64,000 bases of DNA from a virus, in IMG/VR virus record IMGVR_UViG_3300022890_000014, positions 86,745-150,744 of that record; one strand, 5' to 3'. The notes under the pieces are model-generated. The model had not been told where the DNA came from. It saw nothing but the letters and a program-made list of their open reading frames with translations, and searched no databases. Shown in pieces: positions 29,375-38,549 of this stretch (the stretch's first letter is position 1; every line of letters starts with the position of its first letter). The position numbers and the translations under genes are program-made.

Positions 29375-30454
29375 TTAAGAGCCTGGATAACTACCTGTGT
29401 TAATAGATCCAGATACGAAATCGTTCATGTAAGAATTTGCAGTCTTTCCAATCGGAACAGGCTGACCTGGGTGCTTTCTTCTTTCACTAATATCAACATC
29501 ACTAGTCTCGCCTTCGCCTTCATAAACCTCACCTATGCTTGCAGCATATTTTGGAATAGGTCTACTTGGTTCAGCTTCGACATAGTTGTTGTTGCTATTT
29601 ATGTTGCTGTATAGACTAGAAAGGTCGTCTTCTCCACTGCTTGTTTCTGCGATCTTTGGTTGGTGTGCTTCTGGCATAGAGCTAGACTGTATGCTTTGAC
29701 CAACCCAAACATCGATATTTTCAGGTCTTAGTACTTGGTTAGCTACAAGTGTGGCAGCTTCCTTGTACAGACCGATAACTTTACTTTGCGTGTTAGCAAG
29801 ATCTTGCAACCTAGTGATCTCATCTGATTGAGCCTTGAGTTGCATGCCTGCACTTTTCATAAGTTCTTGTTGTCTGCTCATCACTTCTTCGCTTTGTTTT
29901 GTTAATCCAGCATACTGACGAATTCTATTGAGCCTTCCTTTTGCTGCTACGTTTGCTTGATTTCTAGCAGGTGCTCCTGCCTGATAATTATCAAGTTTCT
30001 CATGGAGATACATAGTTCCAGCAAGTGGTAGAGCTATAGCTTTCACGGCACTAGATTCGAGAGGTGCTGTAATTCTGTGAGAAATAAGCTTTCCTTCTCC
30101 AGACTGAGCAAGAAGCTTTGATATATGTTCAGGTGAAAAGTTAAGCCTCTTGCTTGCATCAGCAACATCTTTGGGAGTGACCTTGTATTTGGTTAGTCCA
30201 CCGATACCAGGAATCTCACCAAGATACTTATTATATACTGAGCCTAGTCCAGTTGTCAGCTTCTCAGAGGGAGCAACGATACCATATTCAATAGCTTTTG
30301 AGCCTAGAGTATCTTTTGAGAGATACTTCTCTGCCGGATTGATAATCTTGCCTACAAGATCTCCAATCCACTTTATGGGCATGGTTGCGAATGAATCGAC
30401 ACCTCTTACACGAGTTGCCGCATCCATTACTGCTTTTCCAGAAGGCAGAGGCAT
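29375..30454 (-). CDS. Head-associated protein with K-x-A motifs
   Basis: TKQSE, MKSAG, YKEAA, PKIAE, PKYAA, GKTAN. Confidence 0.6.
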   Translation of the reverse strand: MPLPSGKAVMDAATRVRGVDSFATMPIKWIGDLVGKIINPAEKYLSKDTLGSKAIEYGIVAPSEKLTTGLGSVYNKYLGEIPGIGGLTKYKVTPKDVADASKRLNFSPEHISKLLAQSGEGKLISHRITAPLESSAVKAIALPLAGTMYLHEKLDNYQAGAPARNQANVAAKGRLNRIRQYAGLTKQSEEVMSRQQELMKSAGMQLKAQSDEITRLQDLANTQSKVIGLYKEAATLVANQVLRPENIDVWVGQSIQSSSMPEAHQPKIAETSSGEDDLSSLYSNINSNNNYVEAEPSRPIPKYAASIGEVYEGEGETSDVDISERRKHPGQPVPIGKTANSYMNDFVSGSINTGSYPGS

Positions 30455-30457
30455 AAT

Positions 30458-31318
30458 CTATCTTCTTCCCATTCGTTGTTGCAATGCGTTTGCTAACTCT
30501 TGTTGTCCAGCTTCTTTTCCACCTGAGCGACCAGCTAGGTAAGCTCCACCACCAACAACAGGAAGTCCAACTACTCCCCATCTGCCAATGCTTCCAAGCC
30601 TAGTGTTAGGCTTTACATCTTTAGAAACAGAATCCACCAGTTGGTCAGTTGGTTTTTCAGTTGGTTTTTCACCTGGAACTTTACTTGGTGGTCCAGGCTT
30701 AGGCGCTACTTTTGGCGTAGTTTTAGCGGCACCAGATGCGAAACCAGTAGGAGTCGAGGCTTCCACTTTGGCAACTTCTTTACCCCAGTTTTTACCAACT
30801 CCAGAACTAAAAACACTAGGCTTAACTGGTTTCTGAACACTCTTAGCAGCCATTTGTTCTCCAGCACCAGCAACTCGCATGCCTATGTTAGACATTTGTC
30901 GACCTAGCCAGTTACCAATTCGGGCAGTCTTAAGAAGCTCTTCTTCTGCATGCGTAAGGCTTACGCCTGCTTCAGCTTTTTCGGAAGTGGACTCAATGAA
31001 ATCATTAAGCCAAGGAGAGGGCATACCTTGAAGATCGATGCCAGCCTCTTTTGTAATGAATGAGAAGTCTCGATCTTTGATAGGGCCAAATCTGCTACTA
31101 AGAGCTATCTGGCTCAGTTCAGATGAGATCTTCTCAAGCATTGACCTTCCGAGGTCTGACAATCCATCTCCAGAGGGAAGCGTATCATGCCATCTAGATT
31201 CCTCTTCCTTAATGAACAACGAGGATTGCTTCGCCTGCATACAAGAAAGAGCGGTGTTAGCCTCTACGTCTTGAGCAAAAGAATTAATTCCGTTCATATA
31301 GTTGTCGAATCCAGACAT
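30458..31318 (-). CDS. Head-associated protein with K-x-A motifs and a C-terminal Gly-rich TM-like segment
   Basis: TKEAG, LKTAR; GVVGLPVVGGGAYLAG. Confidence 0.6.
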   Translation of the reverse strand: MSGFDNYMNGINSFAQDVEANTALSCMQAKQSSLFIKEEESRWHDTLPSGDGLSDLGRSMLEKISSELSQIALSSRFGPIKDRDFSFITKEAGIDLQGMPSPWLNDFIESTSEKAEAGVSLTHAEEELLKTARIGNWLGRQMSNIGMRVAGAGEQMAAKSVQKPVKPSVFSSGVGKNWGKEVAKVEASTPTGFASGAAKTTPKVAPKPGPPSKVPGEKPTEKPTDQLVDSVSKDVKPNTRLGSIGRWGVVGLPVVGGGAYLAGRSGGKEAGQQELANALQQRMGRR

Positions 31319-31333
31319 GTTATCTCTCCGAGC

Positions 31334-31624
31334 TTATCCGCAAAAAAGGTTGAAGAGATTCCTGGCAGCTTGGGGTTGCCCAGTCTGCGAAGCGATCTTA
31401 TTGAGTTCGTTGGCGATGCCATGCTTGATGCCGTCAGAAACGATAATGCCGTAAGCTTGCTTATTTTCAGAAGCTTGCTTTGACATTTCTTCTTTTTGCA
31501 TTTGGGCTTCTGCAACTTTCTCAAGGTATTGTTCATTAGAGAGTCCGTGAGCAGCAGCGGTCTTCGCAAGCTGGTCATCGTGACCGGAAAACTCTCTGTC
31601 ATAAAGTTCAGCCAAAGTAATCAT
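31334..31624 (-). CDS. Scaffold/core-like K-x-A protein
   Basis: AKTAA, EKVAE, SKQAS, NKIAS; paralogous to the N-terminus of 31740..32435. Confidence 0.65.
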   Translation of the reverse strand: MITLAELYDREFSGHDDQLAKTAAAHGLSNEQYLEKVAEAQMQKEEMSKQASENKQAYGIIVSDGIKHGIANELNKIASQTGQPQAARNLFNLFCG

Positions 31625-31739
31625 TCTTTTATTCTCCGATTTATATACAGGCTATGTACATAAATGTTATTGCGTAAGATTCAACACGGAAGTCTTTGCG
31701 TAAGCCTTACGCGACACCGAAATGCCGCGAAATTGTAGA

Positions 31740-32435
31740 CTAGGTAAGAGCTTCGTATCCACCGTAACCAGCACCGGCTAGACCAACAGCGGGAAGGCCA
31801 CCTTCAAGAGCAAGACGGCCAGCAGCTTCGCCACGACCCATCTGCTGAACAGCTTTTGCACCTTCTGTGCTAAATAGCGGCATTTGTGCAGCGCCACCCT
31901 CGCCGAGGCCAGTAGCTCTCTGCCCAAGGTTCTTCAAGCGGCTCATGTAGTTACCAGCGGCTTCACCTGTAGCGCGACCTGCATTGCCGATTGCTCCACC
32001 AGCACTACTAATCATTCTTGACAACCAGTTAGCCACTTCGGGCGTAACTGCTTCAGCGGCACTGGCACTCTTGATGAGTTCGGCAGCTTCACCGTAGCCA
32101 TTCAAGCGGAGCATATTTTCCATGAGACCGAGCTTGGCAACTTGGGCAAGCTTGACATGAACTTCAGAGACGCGATCTCGTACAGGATCGGCACAGGCGA
32201 ACTTGGTGAGTTCGTCAAAGTAACCAAGAGCCATAACTTCGCCAAGATACTCGTTCGTGGCGGCAACTTTGTTCATCATAGCTTCTTGGTTGACAACTTG
32301 GCTAGCTTTCTTGTCCATGTATTGTTCTACAGAAAGACCTTCAGCAGCAGCGGCTCTTGCCCAACCATCTCCCTGCTCAGGAGTTTGTTGTTGAGCAGTC
32401 TTGGTCATGGTATTATAAAGGGATAATAGACTCAT
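31740..32435 (-). CDS. Scaffold/core-like K-x-A protein
   Basis: TKTAQ, DKKAS, NKVAA, TKFAC, IKSAS; Gly/Ala-rich C-terminus. Confidence 0.65.
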   Translation of the reverse strand: MSLLSLYNTMTKTAQQQTPEQGDGWARAAAAEGLSVEQYMDKKASQVVNQEAMMNKVAATNEYLGEVMALGYFDELTKFACADPVRDRVSEVHVKLAQVAKLGLMENMLRLNGYGEAAELIKSASAAEAVTPEVANWLSRMISSAGGAIGNAGRATGEAAGNYMSRLKNLGQRATGLGEGGAAQMPLFSTEGAKAVQQMGRGEAAGRLALEGGLPAVGLAGAGYGGYEALT

Positions 32436-32495
32436 ATCTTCTCCTAGTTATAGAACTCAATCTTTTTGAAGATTGGTTTACTATATTGTTGCCGA

Positions 32496-32771
32496 CTACT
32501 TGGAAGCTTCTTCTTCCATCTTCTTTTTGTATTCGGGGTCTTTCTTCATCTTGGCGATGATTGCTTTCTTCTTGTCAGATTTCTTTTCGTCGTCGCTCTT
32601 GCTGTCTTCTTCAGTTGTGCCAGTTGCTTCTTCGGCAGCTTTCTGAAGCTCTGCACGAAGGACAGCTTGTCCGAGCTTGTACATGTTTTCGACTTTTTCG
32701 CCGAGGTTTTCTGTATTAACAGAAGCGACTTTTTGCTGAGAGCTATTATTGATCAAACCAAGGATACTCAT
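32496..32771 (-). CDS. Scaffold/core-like K-x-A protein
   Basis: QKVAS, QKAAE; charged C-terminus. Confidence 0.6.
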   Translation of the reverse strand: MSILGLINNSSQQKVASVNTENLGEKVENMYKLGQAVLRAELQKAAEEATGTTEEDSKSDDEKKSDKKKAIIAKMKKDPEYKKKMEEEASK

Positions 32772-32833
32772 TTCTTACCTCTCGAATTATTTCTAGTAGA
32801 AATTCTCATTGCGTAAGGCCTACGCACATAAGA

Positions 32834-33313
32834 TTAGCTGTGGGAAATAGCCATGATTGCAGAAGTTCCTTGAGGGGAGCCACTAAGAGTGTGGATACCA
32901 TCATTGGAAATATCAGCCAAGCCAGCTTGCACTTTTCTCTGCTCAACTTTGGCAGCAAACAGATCGTTGTTGTACTGACTTCCATCATTTGGCTTCACGG
33001 TACTGAGAGTATCAGCTTGCCCAGGACCATCACCAGGAACTTCAATTCCACCCTTGGGGGACGTAACGGCAGCGGAGGGAGGAAGATTGGTGTTCATTCC
33101 AGAGAGTTCTGCACCAGCAACGACTGCGGCAGAGATCTTGGACATCATGTTGAGATAGCCCTTGCCAATAAAAGCGCCTTCGCCTTTGGCATGAGAAGCG
33201 ATCTTTTCGAGTTGGGATTCTTTTTCGACGATAATAGAAGCAATCTTTTCAAAGGTGCCTTCTGTGGTTCCGCCATTGGCTTGCTCTTGCAAGAAATTCA
33301 TTAAGCTAGACAT
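32834..33313 (-). CDS. Scaffold/core-like K-x-A protein
   Basis: Start at the ATG at 33313 after GAGGAG; EKIAS occurs twice. Confidence 0.6.
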   Translation of the reverse strand: MSSLMNFLQEQANGGTTEGTFEKIASIIVEKESQLEKIASHAKGEGAFIGKGYLNMMSKISAAVVAGAELSGMNTNLPPSAAVTSPKGGIEVPGDGPGQADTLSTVKPNDGSQYNNDLFAAKVEQRKVQAGLADISNDGIHTLSGSPQGTSAIMAISHS

Positions 33314-33411
33314 AACCGTTTCTCCTCGGTTTACTGTTTTAAACATTTGTCAATTTAGCTTCAACCATTATAATTTATATTTCACACTTTGTCTTTTTTG
33401 TAAAATGAAAT

Positions 33412-36400
33412 TTAATCGAAAGCTTTGTGCATTAGTTCTCCGTCAACCAGGCCAGCTAGCATCGTAGGTAGCGCAGCGGTAGGAGCCATAAGCGCCCATG
33501 TCAAACTACCAAGCGCCCTGTCTTGCCAATTATACGGGTTATGCGGAGCTTTAACTTTTTGTTCAGGTGGTCCTTCGATCTTATTTTGCAACTTCATGGC
33601 AAGGTTAGCTCCTTTCCTGAACACGTCAGCAGTTTTTATGCTACTGAGCTTTTTACCTATGAGTCCCTTTGCGGCTCTTGCAGTAGACGGCCCAGCAGCG
33701 AGATAGCCGAGAGATAGAATGTCAGGATTCATTGCAACCCATTTGTTTATATCTCCTATCTGCTCTCCTCTCATTGCTCTTCGTCTCTGATGCATAGAGT
33801 ATCCGTGGATAGCTGGCATTGTAGCTAGTGCTCCAAGATGAGCCTTGGCTATGTTCTCACTCCAGGGAAGAAATTCAGCTAATCCAGCGGTCTTCATTAG
33901 CTCGCTAGCAGTCTTCATTGATTCATAGATAGTTGGATCATCCCCACCATCAAAGAAGTTATCGTATGCTATACCAGCTAGACCAGTAAGAGCTACAATA
34001 GCTGCTGCTTCAGGTGACATCATTCCTGTTTGTTTGCTACCTGGAATATTAAGAGCCTTGACAGCAGCGTTTCTCAGGAATGGATAGGCCAATGCAGCAA
34101 TTCCCATCGTCTCTATTACACTCATGGGTTCTCTGCTATCTTCCACTTTCTGCTTGAATCTTTCAGAGTCAGCAAGCATAGCCGGATCGATACTGCCCTG
34201 CTTGAGCATAATGACTGCGCTTCTTGCTCTTGGGAAGTAATGAGTAGGCATCATGGATCTGTGAGCCATAATAGGTCTCAGGTCTTCCATCATGTCTTCA
34301 TTGGGAGAGCCAAACATAAGAGAGTTAATTCTAGGTGTAAGCCTAGCACTTACTCTTCCTAGAACACCTTGTCCAACTTCGCTTCCAAAGTCAAACTGGT
34401 CAAAGCACATATTCTTCTTATGGAGATGGTCAGAATACCCATCCATACCCATTCCATTAAGAAGCATGCGTTGAAATTCCATTGGTCTTGGTATGATTCG
34501 CATCTCTCTCATAGTGCTCATCACATTGCCACATGGAACAGTTCTTGATTTGTTTATGAAGTCTTCAGGAATATCATATGGCTCAGACTGCATATCCATA
34601 GTCAGCATGACTTCTCTTAGCTGTGCGAGAACCTTGTCTATAAATTCCTCACTAAGCTTAGTCTTTCCTACTTCTTGCCTTTCCTCTGGTGGAAGGTCAA
34701 TAGCTTCAGATCCACTGGTAGGAGCTTCTTTTTCAATGACTGCATGCTTTACTTCTTCTCCACCCTTAACAAAGTTAAGTAATGAGGATACCGCTGCTGT
34801 TTTACTCATTGAGTTCTCCACAAGAGATCCATCTTCACACGTAGCACTGTAAGTTTGCTCTGCGTAAGGCTTACGCACTGAAACAACGGAAGCAACTTTC
34901 ATCACTCCCTCAGAAACCTTATCAGCATTAATGAACACCTTAGATATATCAAACAGAGAGGGGAGATGGTTGATTGCAAAGACCTTTGTTCCATCCCTGT
35001 TTGTTCTGCCCATACTGTGTTTGAGGTGATCGCAATACTCTGTAGTCCAGCGACTAAGACCTGGAATATTTCTTCCATGAGTTCTATTGTACTCGCTGTT
35101 ATGCATAAGCACGTAGTCACCAGGAGATACATACTTCTCTCTAACAATTAGATCTGTATACCACTCGTGAATCCATCTCTCAACTTTGTCTCTCGTACCA
35201 TGTATTCTGTCACATTCTGAGCAGTTATGAACAGATATCCCATTAACAAGATAGGTCTCATCCACATCAACACTTAGATTATACACAAAGCCAGAATACT
35301 TTTCTTTTTTAATTCCAGATATAGGCGTGGCATAATACTTGTTTCCAGAAGGTGTAGTCCAGAAAAATCCAGAAGAGACGTTACGTTTTTTATATGATGT
35401 GACTTTCTCGGAATATTTAGAAAGAATCTCCGAATATCCCGCTGGTATACATACAGCATAAGAGACAACTTTATCTTCAGAATAAGAACCACCATTTCCT
35501 ATCCATTTATTTATTATTGCAGGAATTCCGCACTGAATTAACAGTTGTCTACACCCAACCATAAGTTGCTCATTTACACCATTTATACGAATAGAGCCAC
35601 ATCTGGTTCCGTGATCTTGACTTCCATCAGTATCTATCATTCCTCCAAGAAAATAAAGTTTCTCATAATAGCTGGCGTTAAAAAGATAAGGAGGAACGAT
35701 CTTGTTTACACCAACAGTTCCGCAAGCAGAAATAACTGCTCTTGCAAGTTCTTGATCGTAAATCCTGTAATATACTGCGTTTCTGTCATTCTGAACATAT
35801 TTTTTTATTGATGAATTAGACAAGCTACTTATTGTCTCATCAATATTCCTCATGTGTTCTACTTCACTAATATTACACGTAAATCCTAATCCTTGCAGCT
35901 TATGTCTTCCGTCTTTTTTTCTACCACTTTTTTGAATGATTCTGTGTCCATCTCCACAAAAATACCCAAAAAGCCTAGCTAGCATAACACTTCCACCAGT
36001 ACTAGGCTCTATTATGGGGGATAGAGTATAGTCTCCGACACGAAGATTTTCAGCATCTATCCATTCAGGACTAATTGTTATCTTCTCTGGAGGAAGCCTT
36101 CTTCCGTTGCCTGCTCTGGCAGATTCTTTTCTCACTGCAAGAATTGGATGATTTTTTGTTGCCTTTACTTTTCTATACGTACCGATGTGACTTATTTCGA
36201 TAATGTCATCATCAGCCTGAGCACTCTTAATTACTCTTAGGACCTTATGTGTCTCTCCAGTATGAGTGACCACACTATGAATATGCTCATTGATAGAATC
36301 TATCCTAACTTCACCCAAGTTGGTCTTTACAAGCGAATCTGGCGTGAAGCAAATATCGAACGGAACTCGCAAACCCATACTTGTGAGAGGAAGCTTGCCT

Positions 36401-36876
36401 GCATCTATCTGAGCGCATGTTTCTGGGTCTTTAGAGCGATCTATGGCAACAAGAACTCTAACAAGTCCCTGGTCTACATCATACGATGAAAACAGAACAT
36501 CGCCAGCAGCTTTGCTAGGATCTTTATTGTTGTGATGATGAAACCACTTGCCTTTCTGCTGATATGTTTTGTATCCGTGAGAAGAACTCTCACTAATAAG
36601 GCAGGGATCTCCGTACTTAGTTTCGCGAGGCATAGCATCGCCATTGACATTATCGCCAAAGGTCTCTTCGTCGCTCAATGCGTTGACAACTATGTAGCAA
36701 AACTTAGAAGGATCTGGATTCAAGCGATTAACAATGAAGTCTCTCAAATCTTCTTTTAGATGAGAGAGATGTTCAACTGACGCAACAATAGCACCTTTGC
36801 TACATACTGTTGCGGTCTTCTGTGATCGAAAATCGCTTATAGGCTCATAGTGGGTAAGTGCTATTTCTTTATACAT
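33412..36876 (-). CDS. Prohead (capsid maturation) protease-like polyprotein containing an intein
   Basis: Extein motifs NVNGD, HHHNNKDP, SMGLRV, CSEC...CDHLK, FDISKVFINAD; long C-terminal K-x-A-rich extension; located between terminase and MCP. Confidence 0.75.
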   Translation of the reverse strand: MYKEIALTHYEPISDFRSQKTATVCSKGAIVASVEHLSHLKEDLRDFIVNRLNPDPSKFCYIVVNALSDEETFGDNVNGDAMPRETKYGDPCLISESSSHGYKTYQQKGKWFHHHNNKDPSKAAGDVLFSSYDVDQGLVRVLVAIDRSKDPETCAQIDAGKLPLTSMGLRVPFDICFTPDSLVKTNLGEVRIDSINEHIHSVVTHTGETHKVLRVIKSAQADDDIIEISHIGTYRKVKATKNHPILAVRKESARAGNGRRLPPEKITISPEWIDAENLRVGDYTLSPIIEPSTGGSVMLARLFGYFCGDGHRIIQKSGRKKDGRHKLQGLGFTCNISEVEHMRNIDETISSLSNSSIKKYVQNDRNAVYYRIYDQELARAVISACGTVGVNKIVPPYLFNASYYEKLYFLGGMIDTDGSQDHGTRCGSIRINGVNEQLMVGCRQLLIQCGIPAIINKWIGNGGSYSEDKVVSYAVCIPAGYSEILSKYSEKVTSYKKRNVSSGFFWTTPSGNKYYATPISGIKKEKYSGFVYNLSVDVDETYLVNGISVHNCSECDRIHGTRDKVERWIHEWYTDLIVREKYVSPGDYVLMHNSEYNRTHGRNIPGLSRWTTEYCDHLKHSMGRTNRDGTKVFAINHLPSLFDISKVFINADKVSEGVMKVASVVSVRKPYAEQTYSATCEDGSLVENSMSKTAAVSSLLNFVKGGEEVKHAVIEKEAPTSGSEAIDLPPEERQEVGKTKLSEEFIDKVLAQLREVMLTMDMQSEPYDIPEDFINKSRTVPCGNVMSTMREMRIIPRPMEFQRMLLNGMGMDGYSDHLHKKNMCFDQFDFGSEVGQGVLGRVSARLTPRINSLMFGSPNEDMMEDLRPIMAHRSMMPTHYFPRARSAVIMLKQGSIDPAMLADSERFKQKVEDSREPMSVIETMGIAALAYPFLRNAAVKALNIPGSKQTGMMSPEAAAIVALTGLAGIAYDNFFDGGDDPTIYESMKTASELMKTAGLAEFLPWSENIAKAHLGALATMPAIHGYSMHQRRRAMRGEQIGDINKWVAMNPDILSLGYLAAGPSTARAAKGLIGKKLSSIKTADVFRKGANLAMKLQNKIEGPPEQKVKAPHNPYNWQDRALGSLTWALMAPTAALPTMLAGLVDGELMHKAFD
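35224..36351 (-). mobile_element. Intein with LAGLIDADG homing endonuclease (376 aa)
   Basis: Begins CFTPDSLV, ends YNLSVDVDETYLVNGISVHN before the +1 Cys; block B ATKNHP; LFGYFCGDG and FLGGMIDTDG motifs; visibly AT-richer than flanks. Confidence 0.93.
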
Positions 36877-36879
36877 TAA

Positions 36880-37842
36880 TTACTGACCTATCATCTGCTT
36901 CATTACATTTTCCATAGACTCAGGATCTAGCTCTGTCTGTTGACTAAGGTTCTCATTTGGTATCTTTTGAACACCTGGGGTCTGACCTCCTGCTCTATTA
37001 TATAGTCTTTCGGACGGACCTTCCATTACTTCAGGTTGAACTGCTAGGTGAAGTGCTCTATTCTCATCCTTCAATTCGCGAATCTCATTCTCGTTCTTTT
37101 CTAGCTGGTCTTTGGATGCCTGTAGCTCTTGACTCAAGATGGATTCTTCAGGAGATGGACCTTGCTCCATCATCATCTGTTCTTGCATCATCTGCTCTTG
37201 CATAGCAGGATCTTGCGGTGCATTAGGGTCTTGCATGGCAGCATTGGGATCTTGAGGTGTGACAGCTTGTCCTTGAGGTGCTGCGGCTGGTGCTGCCTGA
37301 GCAGGAGCTTGGCCTCCCATTTGCGCTGCTGTTTGCTCAGATGCTTGCTGTGCAGCCATTTGCTCTCTGAGTTGAGTCTTTTCTTCTATTTGCTGACCAA
37401 GCAGTGATGCCATAGTGGAGGACTGTTTTCTTTCACCTTCAGCGGCAGCTTTAAGCAGTCTGTCTGCCCTGATGTTGTCAAAGGTCATATAGTCACATTT
37501 GTAATTAGAGTCCGTCTTCGCACCAGCAGTCTTGCAGAAACCAGAAGATGGATCTCTATGCGAACACATGTCGCAACTGTCACCAGCGCAACCTTCTCTA
37601 TAATTAATTGAAGCCACTTTATCTTCTCCTTGTATAAAGAATCTACATCTTGCAGTTTCGTGTATCTGGCCTTCGACTACTGTGCATGCGGAGCTTCTAA
37701 AGTGTGCACAGTTTCCACAATTCTTTGGCCCAGCACCCTTTCTATACTCTGCCTCAACCTTAGTCTTCTTGTCGCCCATGTCACCGAAATGCATTGGGTC
37801 AGACTCTATGAGTAAGCCGTAACCAGCTTCTTTACCTAACAT
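36880..37842 (-). CDS. Head-region protein with two HiPIP-like Cys4 motifs and a Q/P/M-rich region
   Basis: CGNCAHF..CTVVEGQI..CRFF and CDMCSH..CKTAG..CDY. Confidence 0.6.
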   Translation of the reverse strand: MLGKEAGYGLLIESDPMHFGDMGDKKTKVEAEYRKGAGPKNCGNCAHFRSSACTVVEGQIHETARCRFFIQGEDKVASINYREGCAGDSCDMCSHRDPSSGFCKTAGAKTDSNYKCDYMTFDNIRADRLLKAAAEGERKQSSTMASLLGQQIEEKTQLREQMAAQQASEQTAAQMGGQAPAQAAPAAAPQGQAVTPQDPNAAMQDPNAPQDPAMQEQMMQEQMMMEQGPSPEESILSQELQASKDQLEKNENEIRELKDENRALHLAVQPEVMEGPSERLYNRAGGQTPGVQKIPNENLSQQTELDPESMENVMKQMIGQ

Positions 37843-37924
37843 GTTGAATCCTAATAAAAAACAACCCCACTATGAGTACACACAGAGAGGTTAGCTTTTT
37901 CTTTGTATGCGTAAGGCTTACGCA

Positions 37925-38542
37925 CTAGTCATTCATTATTCTCCAGAGCATATCAGCAGATTTATCTCCGCTATTGATTTTCTGAACAACAACTGAGGCA
38001 ACTTTAGCAAGGTCCGAAGAAGGCAGTTTTTGCATCTCTTCGATACTGATATTGCCAAGTCTCCATCCTTCATACACTGCTTCTGCCATATCATTTGTTG
38101 ATGCGGTCTTGGTTGTGGGAATGCCGATTGCCCTATTGGGATTTCCCTGAGCTTGCATTCTTCGTGATCTCTCAACCATTGCGTTGCTAAATCTAGGAGA
38201 AGTGATAAGAGACTTGAACTGATTCATGTCTTGTCTCTTTTGTTGGGCGCGGCCATACTCATAGATCTTCTTACTAGCAGCACCAAATCTTTGCTTGTCT
38301 TGTTTAAGTTGAGCAGAGCGTCCGTAGTCAACTCCTCTAGCTTCGCCTTCATCTTCTCCGAACTCATGGCCGACACCGTAGGCAACACCGCCTACAGCAC
38401 CCAATCCAGTGATTCCACCTATGATCTTGCCAGCCATGCGACCCTTGTTTGCTTCTTTTTCAAGTTCTTCAGCAATGGGCATTCCACCAAGTATCATTCC
38501 TATTTTAGCCTGAACTTTGCTATCTTGAAACATTTTATACAA
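37925..38542 (-). CDS. Putative internal virion protein (K-x-A motifs, Gly-rich TM-like segment)
   Basis: EKEAN, TKTAS, AKVAS; IIGGITGLGAVGGVAYGVG. Confidence 0.6.
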   Translation of the reverse strand: MYKMFQDSKVQAKIGMILGGMPIAEELEKEANKGRMAGKIIGGITGLGAVGGVAYGVGHEFGEDEGEARGVDYGRSAQLKQDKQRFGAASKKIYEYGRAQQKRQDMNQFKSLITSPRFSNAMVERSRRMQAQGNPNRAIGIPTTKTASTNDMAEAVYEGWRLGNISIEEMQKLPSSDLAKVASVVVQKINSGDKSADMLWRIMND

Positions 38543-38549
38543 CTCCTAG

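Noticed and set aside
28099-33304. Long antisense ORFs over the capsid and scaffold genes
   Set aside because: Shadow ORFs produced by the strong codon bias of highly expressed - strand genes.
28806-33381. T4-like late promoter TATAAAT on the - strand upstream of head genes (about 28806, 31640, 33373)
   Set aside because: Only three imperfect instances in AT-rich spacers; not distinguishable from background by eye.
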